Shown piece after piece: positions 57,779-64,000 of a stretch of DNA of 64,000 nt (positions are counted from its first letter, which is position 1; every line of letters begins with the position of its first letter). Source of the stretch: Gammaproteobacteria bacterium (lineage in GTDB: Bacteria > Pseudomonadota > Gammaproteobacteria > JACKNK01). Position numbers and translations under genes: made by a program. Location: positions 395,565-459,564 of the forward strand of contig JACKNJ010000002.1 of NCBI GenBank assembly GCA_024234895.1, in the 5' to 3' direction. A model generated the notes under the pieces. That model saw only the letters and a list, made by a program, of their open reading frames with translations, did no database searches and was not told where the DNA came from.

Positions 57779-60478
57779 TTAGCGTTGCATCAACATGGTG
57801 CCGACCACCTGTTCGGCATTGCTGCCGGTGGAGGCGCCAAAGCCGCTGATGGCGTATTCGGCATTGGTGCCGATGAGATCCACGGTGGCGTTGCCGACGA
57901 CGGTGCTGGTCGCGCAGCCGGTGCATGTGCCCGTCAATGCGACTTGCGCCATCGGCACGCTCGACAAGGCGATCGTGCTCGTGGCGGCGCTCTTGCTGAG
58001 ACTCCAGGACCGCCCGGTGGTGTTGGTGAAACCGACGTTGAGGTTGAACGCGGTCACGGTCATGCCGAGCAGATCGACGTTCATGCTCGCGGATACGCTG
58101 TTCGCGACATTGCCCTTTTCATCGGTCGGGCTGGTGCCGGCGATGCGGTTGAATGTCGCGAGGGACAAGGCCGGCGTTGAGGTTGAACGCTTGTCGGAAT
58201 AGATGAAATGCGCGTGGCCGGCGGAGCCGGTGCCGACGCCTGATATCTGCGCGTTCCAGCCGTCCTGCCAGCGACCCCAGTTGACGCCCACCGAGTTGCC
58301 GCCGGTATCCGTCAGGTCGGCGCGGGTGGATTCGAAAACCGTCCGGTTGGTTGCCGCGTTGAGGTTCTCGGTCGCCTCGACAACCACGTTGCCTATCGTG
58401 TTGACCGTGGCGATCTTGATCTGGTCGTTGGTGCCATCCTGCCTGAGCCCGTGGACCTCGCGCTTGTATCCCGCGCTGTCGGAGGTGACGAACGCCAGGT
58501 GCGCGACCGCGTTGGCGGCGGCGTTAACCTCGACTGTGCGGGTGCTCTTGGATTGCAGGATCGCGGCGCCGGTGAAGCCATGCTGGCTGTTGCTGTCGCG
58601 GACCGCGAAGCCGGCCCCCAGATAAGTGAGCGCGTCGTCGATGAACATGATGGAACCGTCGCCGGTCAGGGTGACGCTCGCCGCATTGCCGCCACAGCCA
58701 GTGCAGGTGCCGGTGAGCTCCGCGCTCCGGTCGCCCAGAACCTCGCTGAGATCCAGGTCGTTCTTCAGCTCGACCGTGTAGATGGCGTTGCCGAACTTGG
58801 CCTTGATTTCGTAGCCCACCAGCTTCTGGGTGGCGAAATTCACGCCGATGATGAAGTACTCGTATGAGCCGGTGTTGCCGTTCACGTCGGTCGGGGTGGT
58901 CGACGCGGCGTCGATGCGGTCGTAAATGACGATCGGTTCCGCGCGGGAACTGGCCCCGGAAATGGCCGATTGCGAGGCTTGAGAGCCGGCATAGACGTAG
59001 TGCAGGTCGGTGATCGGGTCGTTATTGACGCCGTCGGTGGTGACGGTGAAATCACCTGACCACCGGCCCCAGCTGGCGCCGCTCGCGCTGTGCAGGCCGC
59101 CTTCCACCAGGCTCGCGGTGCCGAACGAGAAGGTGTGGGTCTGGACGACGTTGCTTTCGTTCTTTCCCTGCGTGGTCGCCTGTTTGACCCGGACGTTTCC
59201 GGACGTGCCGGTGTCGAAATAGATCGAATGCGCGTCCGTGCCGTTGTCCCTGAGGATCGCCGTTATCAGCTCCCACTTGCTGCCGTCGTTGTCAATGAAG
59301 CCGATGACCGTACCCGCCCCGTTCGGAGCGCGGGTGAACGAGGACGCGATGACTTCCTTGTCGCTGAGCGCCTGGTTGGACGCGAACACGCTGGTCGTGC
59401 TCCCGGAAGTATCCGACGTGGTCAGGGTCAACACCGAATCCAGTGAGCCGGTCGGCGTCAGCGTCGACGGGAACGTCAATGGGGCATCGGCGCCGGTATC
59501 GGACCCCGCGCCCGTTCCCGTGTCGCCACCGGCATCGGTGCCTGTGCCCGCACCACCGCCATCGGCGGCAATGCCATCGCCGTTGGTACCCGTAGCGGCC
59601 GCGTCGCCCTCGCCAGCTTCGCTTGCTGCTGTGTCTTGCTGCGCTTCGCCGCCGGTCGTTTCGCCGCCGGTCTCCTCGGCAGCCTGTTCTTCGGCAGCCT
59701 GTTCTTCGGTCTGTTCGCCCTCGGCGGCCGGCGGCCCGTCGCCGCCTTCCTCGGTCTGTTCTTCCTCGCCGGTGGGCTGGTCTTCATCGAACACCACACC
59801 CGGCGGTTCTATGAGGCTTTCGGGTGGGGTCTGCGCGTTGGCGACGAAGAAGTAACGGTCGTTGCCGAAGGTCTGTTCACCGCCGGCGTTGCCGACGGCG
59901 ATTTCGCCATCCACGACGCCTCCATACAGGCCGGGCCGGAGATTCTCCCCGCCCTGCCGCTGGGATTCCGCCGCGAGTTCGGGCGTGACCTGGCGTACGC
60001 CGTAGTGGGTGCCGCGAATACCGATGGTCGCGACCGGCGTGGAGACCTGGTAGTTCTCCTTGTTCTTGTGTCCGATCGCGCCGGTGATGGTGCGGAACCC
60101 ACCCTTGATCAGCTTGAAGATGGCGCGCTCCGTGCCGTCCTCGGCGCCGTCGAAACGGTAGTCCTCGATGGTGAACTCGGTGTCCGGACGCAACGCCACC
60201 AGGGCGCCGTCCTTGAAGCGGATCTGCGCGAACACGTTGCCGCCGGTGATCAGCGTGTCGCCATTGAAGATCTCGGCCTGGCGGCGCAGCGGGCGGATGC
60301 TGCCATCGGCGGCGCGCGCCTCGATCTTGCCGGCGGCGACGATCAGTTTGCCGATCGGTTCGGCGGCCATGACCAGGGACGCGAACAGCAGACCGCACAG
60401 CACGAACAGGCCCATGAGCCAGCGCGTGCGACGCACCGGCAGGGTCGATGAGGCGGGATGTCCGTTGTTCATGGTCAT
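57779..60478 (-). CDS. Large exported FecR-domain protein with an acidic/Gly-Thr linker and a duplicated TbpB/fHbp-like C-terminal region
   Basis: 899 aa from ATG 60478, in an ATGA overlap with the cyclase stop. It has a signal/anchor sequence (..LFVLCGLLFASLVMA). The FecR-type domain spans about aa 43-165 (GKLIVAAGKIEARAADG...FNGDTLITG...IRFKDGALVALRPDTEFTI...VATIGIRGTHYGV). Low complexity runs over aa 230-335. Two homologous modules of about 250 aa cover aa 380-644 and 655-899. Confidence 0.8.
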   Translation of the reverse strand: MTMNNGHPASSTLPVRRTRWLMGLFVLCGLLFASLVMAAEPIGKLIVAAGKIEARAADGSIRPLRRQAEIFNGDTLITGGNVFAQIRFKDGALVALRPDTEFTIEDYRFDGAEDGTERAIFKLIKGGFRTITGAIGHKNKENYQVSTPVATIGIRGTHYGVRQVTPELAAESQRQGGENLRPGLYGGVVDGEIAVGNAGGEQTFGNDRYFFVANAQTPPESLIEPPGVVFDEDQPTGEEEQTEEGGDGPPAAEGEQTEEQAAEEQAAEETGGETTGGEAQQDTAASEAGEGDAAATGTNGDGIAADGGGAGTGTDAGGDTGTGAGSDTGADAPLTFPSTLTPTGSLDSVLTLTTSDTSGSTTSVFASNQALSDKEVIASSFTRAPNGAGTVIGFIDNDGSKWELITAILRDNGTDAHSIYFDTGTSGNVRVKQATTQGKNESNVVQTHTFSFGTASLVEGGLHSASGASWGRWSGDFTVTTDGVNNDPITDLHYVYAGSQASQSAISGASSRAEPIVIYDRIDAASTTPTDVNGNTGSYEYFIIGVNFATQKLVGYEIKAKFGNAIYTVELKNDLDLSEVLGDRSAELTGTCTGCGGNAASVTLTGDGSIMFIDDALTYLGAGFAVRDSNSQHGFTGAAILQSKSTRTVEVNAAANAVAHLAFVTSDSAGYKREVHGLRQDGTNDQIKIATVNTIGNVVVEATENLNAATNRTVFESTRADLTDTGGNSVGVNWGRWQDGWNAQISGVGTGSAGHAHFIYSDKRSTSTPALSLATFNRIAGTSPTDEKGNVANSVSASMNVDLLGMTVTAFNLNVGFTNTTGRSWSLSKSAATSTIALSSVPMAQVALTGTCTGCATSTVVGNATVDLIGTNAEYAISGFGASTGSNAEQVVGTMLMQR
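59681..59710. repeat. 15-bp tandem duplication inside the linker-coding region
   Basis: AGCCTGTTCTTCGGC followed by AGCCTGTTCTTCGGT. On the minus strand this encodes the repeated EEQAA units. Confidence 0.8.
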
Positions 60479-62697
60479 TTGCTCTTGTGCTCGTACACGG
60501 CGTCCCAGTCCGCCGGGAGGGGGTGTGCGCGCAGGTTGTCGATGCGTTCGCGGTAAATCTCGACGAGCCGGCTGGCCGGCAATCGGTCCATGTGATCGAG
60601 GGCCGCCTGCCAATCCCGGTGGCGATAGGCCGCCAGAGCCAGGTCCCATTCGGCGAGTTCGGCGGCGGCGTGCGCGTCGAACTCGCCGAGTGGCGCGAGC
60701 GGCTGGAATATCCCCACCGGCCGGGTCTTGCCCTTGACGCGGACCAGATCCAGCTCGCGATAGGCAAAGCCGTTGGCCGCGTCGCGGGTGTCGGCGCTGA
60801 CGATGATGCCGACCCCGTAGAACTTGGTCAGACCCTCCAGGCGGGAACCCAGGTTCACGGAGTCTCCAAGCACGGTGTATGCCATGCGGAACTGCGAGCC
60901 CATGTTGCCGACATTCATGGTGCCGGTGTTGACGCCAATGCCGATCGCCAGCGCCGGCCAGCCGCGCGCCTGGAATTCGCGATCGAGCTGGCTGACCCGG
61001 GCCTGCATCGCCAGGGCCGCGCCGACCGCCTGCGTGGCGTGCGCGGGGTTCTCCAGCGGCGCGCCCCAGAAGGCCATGATCGCGTCGCCCATGTACTTGT
61101 CGATGGTGCCGCGATACTCATGGATGACGCCGGTCAGCGGCGTCAGGAAGGCGTTCATCAGGGCGGTGAGTTCATCCGGGGCGAGGCGTTCGGACAGGGA
61201 TGTGAAATTGCGCACGTCGGAGAACAGCACGGTCATCTCGCGCGATTCGCCGCCGATGCCGAAATTGCCGCCACGCCCGTTCATCTCGTCGACGATCTCG
61301 GGCGGCACGTACTGGCCGAACATCCGCCCGAGGCGGCGCTTGTTGCGCGTCTCGAGCAGATAGCCGTAGCTGCTGTGGAACAGCAGAAGTGTCAACAGAA
61401 GTAACAGGTGTCCTGCCAACGGCAATACCAGATTGTGCCCGGACCAGGCATACAGATTGCCGCCGACCACGACGATCGCGAGCACGATCACCAGCGCGAT
61501 GCCGAACGCCGCGCCGAGCCACGGCAGGGCAAGGGACAGCAGCAGGCCGAGGACGAGCGCGATGACCAGCTCGTAGGCGACGGTCCAGCCGGGCCGGTGA
61601 AGGATGCTCTGCACTTCCGGGTCGGGCTGGATCGCATCCATCAGCCCGGCGAGCAGGTTCGCGTGCACCTCGACACCCGGATAGTTGGATTGCATCGGCG
61701 TGGTGCGCTGGTCGTAGAGGCCGGGGGCGGTGGTGCCGAGAATCACCACGACGTTGTCGAGCACCGCGCGCGGCGTGCGCCCGGCGAGCACGTCGGCGGC
61801 CGGCACGTAGCGGAACGCCGGGGTGCGGCCGCGATAAGGCACCAGTACGACACCCTGCTGATTGACCGGGATACGGACGTCGCCGACGCGGATGGCGTCC
61901 AGTTCCGGTGGCGATTCCTGACCGAGCTCGAAGCCGATTTCGGGGTCACCGAGCATTGCGCGCAGCACCGCGAGACTGAGCGTCGGATAGAGCGCGTCGG
62001 CGTGGCGGTAGACCAGGGAGACGCCGCGATAGACGCCGTCCGGGTCGAACGCGGGGTTGTCGAAGAAGCCGCCGCCGACCGCCGCCGCCTGCAACTCCAC
62101 GAGGTTGCCGGTCACGCCGTAACGTTCGAACAGGGGCAGACGGTCGATCGCGTCGGGCAGGGGTGCGAGCAGCGGCGGCGGCAGGGCGCCGTGCGTGCCT
62201 TCGCGCTGGGCGGCGGTGAAGCCGGTGACCACGAAACCGCGCGCGATCGCCTCGGCAAACAGGCGGTCATGTTCCAGCCGTGGCCGCAACGCGGCGTACG
62301 CGTCCTGAAAACCGGGTTGCTCGCCAAGCGGGCCGGCGGCGACCTGATCCAGGTCGGCGAGGATCGATTTCCCTTCGGCTTCCGCGAACACCATGTCCAT
62401 GCCGAGCACGTAGATCCGGTAATGCCCGAACAGCTGGTCGAGCAGCCGTGCCAGCACGTCGCGCGGCCACGGCCAGTGCCCGACTTCGGCGAGGCTCGCC
62501 TCGTCGAGATCGACGATCACGATGCGTTCGTCAACGCCACCGCGCAGTGTGGCGATGACCCTAAGGTCGTAAGTCCAGCGCTCGAACTGCTCGACGAAAC
62601 GGAGCGCGGGCAGCGCGCCGATCGCCTGCAAAGCGAAGATAGCGGTGATCGCCAGGCTGATCAGGACGCGGACGACTCGCTGGCGAGACATGATCAC
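60475..62697 (-). CDS. CHASE2 sensor-domain class III adenylate cyclase
   Basis: 740 aa. It has an N-terminal TM, a periplasmic CHASE2 domain with the hallmark GHWPWPRDVLARLLDQL, and about 3 TM segments (aa 370-445). The cyclase domain spans aa 487-665 and carries the metal Asp residues (FSD, GD), DKYMGD Lys, YTVLGD Thr and VNLGSR Asn/Arg. Confidence 0.88.
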   Translation of the reverse strand: MIMSRQRVVRVLISLAITAIFALQAIGALPALRFVEQFERWTYDLRVIATLRGGVDERIVIVDLDEASLAEVGHWPWPRDVLARLLDQLFGHYRIYVLGMDMVFAEAEGKSILADLDQVAAGPLGEQPGFQDAYAALRPRLEHDRLFAEAIARGFVVTGFTAAQREGTHGALPPPLLAPLPDAIDRLPLFERYGVTGNLVELQAAAVGGGFFDNPAFDPDGVYRGVSLVYRHADALYPTLSLAVLRAMLGDPEIGFELGQESPPELDAIRVGDVRIPVNQQGVVLVPYRGRTPAFRYVPAADVLAGRTPRAVLDNVVVILGTTAPGLYDQRTTPMQSNYPGVEVHANLLAGLMDAIQPDPEVQSILHRPGWTVAYELVIALVLGLLLSLALPWLGAAFGIALVIVLAIVVVGGNLYAWSGHNLVLPLAGHLLLLLTLLLFHSSYGYLLETRNKRRLGRMFGQYVPPEIVDEMNGRGGNFGIGGESREMTVLFSDVRNFTSLSERLAPDELTALMNAFLTPLTGVIHEYRGTIDKYMGDAIMAFWGAPLENPAHATQAVGAALAMQARVSQLDREFQARGWPALAIGIGVNTGTMNVGNMGSQFRMAYTVLGDSVNLGSRLEGLTKFYGVGIIVSADTRDAANGFAYRELDLVRVKGKTRPVGIFQPLAPLGEFDAHAAAELAEWDLALAAYRHRDWQAALDHMDRLPASRLVEIYRERIDNLRAHPLPADWDAVYEHKSK

Positions 62698-62882
62698 GGC
62701 AAGCCTTATGGAACCTTGGATCCACGCAGGCGCGGTTCATCGGGATGGGCGAAACGGCGGCTTCCGGGGCATGAACCCCGGACCTTGGCCGCTCCCCGGG
62801 CAGCTTGCCGCGCTACGGGCATCGGGAGGAAAGCCGTCATTGCTGGCGTCGGCTGAGCGGGCATGAACGGGCCGGAGTTTTC

Positions 62883-64000
62883 CTAGTACTCATAGCGGAG
62901 ATTCAGCGTGAACAGTTCGCGGTCGTACTTGTTGATGGCGAAATTGGAGTCGTTGGTGGTCGTCGACGCTTCCGCGGAGACGCTCCAGCGATCGTCCAGC
63001 AGGTGCTTGAGGATCAGGCCGAGGCTGCCGAAGTCGTCCTCGCGGCGTGCCAGGAACAGGCTGTTGACGCCCTGGTAGCGACTGTTCTGCCAGGCCAGGG
63101 TGGTGGTCAGGCTGGTCGATTCGCCCAGAGTCCATTGCAGACCGCCGCTCAGGCCCTTGATGTCGCGGTGGGCGATCGCGTCCGCCGAGGTGCCCTCCTC
63201 ATGCGGGGTTTCCTGCCCGAAGTAAACGCTGCCGAACGCGACCGGCTTGCCGGGCCAGTCCAGCGCGCGGATCAGGCCGATGCCGGCGTTGAACAGGTGC
63301 GAGTCCTGCACGTCGGCGCCAGGAAAGTGCTGGCTCGCGTAACTCATGAAGCCGGTGAGCTGGGTGCGCGCGTCGAGGGTATGGCGGGTATCCGCCGACA
63401 GGCTGCCGAGGGTGCGGTAGGTGGTGTGGTCCAGTTCGTAGTTCTGCGCCCGGAACGCGAAGGTGGTTTGCAGATCGCCGACGTTGTCGGTCAGCGAAAC
63501 GGTCATGGTCTGGGCGTCGGTGTCGAACCGGTCGTGCTCGTCGTTGCTGCGGTGGTGCACATCGAAGCTGGCGCCGACGTAGCGGCCGGGCGCGACCGGG
63601 ATGGTCAGCGATGCGCCGACATTCGCCTCGGTGTAGAAATCGCCCAGCTGGGTGGAGCCGCTGGACAGCGTGCCGGGGCCGAGCACCGGGGACACGAACT
63701 CCGGCGAAAACGGCGCGCTGTTGACGTTGCTGTCCCAGCCGCGATCCAGGTCGAAGGTCAGCCGCGCGGTCGATTGGTAGCGGCTTTCCTTGACCCGGAT
63801 GATGTTCAGGAAGCGCTGGATGTTCTCCTGGACCGAGACCGGCGGCGCGGCGGCCAGCACCGTCTCGAATTCGCGGCGCGCGCGATCGTATTGTTCGAGC
63901 AGGAAGTAGCCGCGCGCGAGTTCCAGGCGGGTGCGATGGTCGTCGGGGTTTTGCAGGAGCACGCGCTCCAGGGCGAACACGCCCTGGCTGTAGTGCCCCG
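62883..64000 (-). CDS. TPR plus C-terminal beta-barrel outer-membrane protein, Slam/DUF560-like (N-terminus outside window)
   Basis: The frame stays open to the window edge (..GHYSQGVFALERVLLQNPDDHRTRLELARGYFLLEQYDRARREFETVLAAAPPVSVQENIQRFLN). Amphipathic beta-strand-rich sequence follows, with DSNVN/DSNF motifs and a terminal ..FTLNLRYEY aromatic OMP signature. Confidence 0.6.
   Translation of the reverse strand, partial: GHYSQGVFALERVLLQNPDDHRTRLELARGYFLLEQYDRARREFETVLAAAPPVSVQENIQRFLNIIRVKESRYQSTARLTFDLDRGWDSNVNSAPFSPEFVSPVLGPGTLSSGSTQLGDFYTEANVGASLTIPVAPGRYVGASFDVHHRSNDEHDRFDTDAQTMTVSLTDNVGDLQTTFAFRAQNYELDHTTYRTLGSLSADTRHTLDARTQLTGFMSYASQHFPGADVQDSHLFNAGIGLIRALDWPGKPVAFGSVYFGQETPHEEGTSADAIAHRDIKGLSGGLQWTLGESTSLTTTLAWQNSRYQGVNSLFLARREDDFGSLGLILKHLLDDRWSVSAEASTTTNDSNFAINKYDRELFTLNLRYEY

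Noticed and set aside
60385-60478. Lipoprotein signal (lipobox) or Tat signal at the N-terminus of the FecR-domain protein, since classical Slam cargo are lipoproteins.
   Set aside because: FVLC-G has Leu at the -1 position instead of Gly/Ala/Ser. The RR pair (VRRTRWL) does not fit S/T-RRxFLK. A plain Sec signal or signal-anchor with a VMA-AE cleavage site is more likely. Non-lipidated T11SS cargo are known, so this does not undermine the main hypothesis.

Overview
High-GC (about 65% by eye) gammaproteobacterial chromosome segment covering the dnaA/replication-origin neighbourhood. It is almost entirely coding.

Gene order, left to right:
- pyrD (5' truncated), then a Crp/Fnr regulator divergent from an HAO-family octaheme cytochrome, then a TPR protein.
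- ntrC-ntrB-glnA on the minus strand, with a recognisable sigma54 promoter and NtrC sites.
- CDF transporter, tusA-like gene and PP-loop ATPase on the minus strand.
- A 430-bp AT-rich intergenic region carrying DnaA boxes.
- glyQ-glyS, MazG-like gene, gmhB, plsC on the plus strand.
- gyrB-recF-dnaN-dnaA on the minus strand.
- rpmH-rnpA-yidC-mnmE-mnmG-rsmG-parA-parB-atpIBEFHAGDC-glmU-glmS, malic enzyme, gltA on the plus strand.
- A hypothetical gene and mrcA on the minus strand.
- pilMNOPQ-aroK and a TauE/SafE permease on the plus strand.
- A hexaheme NapC/NirT-c4 fusion with a small unlisted membrane peptide on the minus strand.
- polA (minus strand), then a DUF2782-like gene (plus strand).
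- A three-gene minus-strand cluster at 57.8-64.0 kb.

The dnaA-dnaN-recF-gyrB / plsC-gmhB-glyS-glyQ synteny mirrors Pseudomonas. I saw no rRNA, tRNA, CRISPR array, IS element or integrase.

The most unusual content is the terminal cluster. It holds a TPR plus beta-barrel protein that looks like a Slam/DUF560 (type XI secretion) outer-membrane protein. Next comes a CHASE2-sensor class III adenylate cyclase. Its stop codon overlaps the start of an 899-aa FecR-domain protein. The C-terminal half of that protein is an internally duplicated, TbpB/fHbp-like bilobed region. I read this as a candidate trans-envelope, cAMP-output signalling module.

Other points worth follow-up:
- An HAO-like octaheme that appears to keep the cross-link tyrosine, beside a Dnr-type regulator and a perfect TTGAC-N4-GTCAA box.
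- Three near-identical parS-like 16-mers flanking dnaA.
- A possible oriC about 11 kb away from dnaA.

All domain calls come from reading motifs by eye. No searches were run. Many start codons were moved downstream of the ORF-track Met on the basis of homologue N-termini, SD sequences and gene overlaps.
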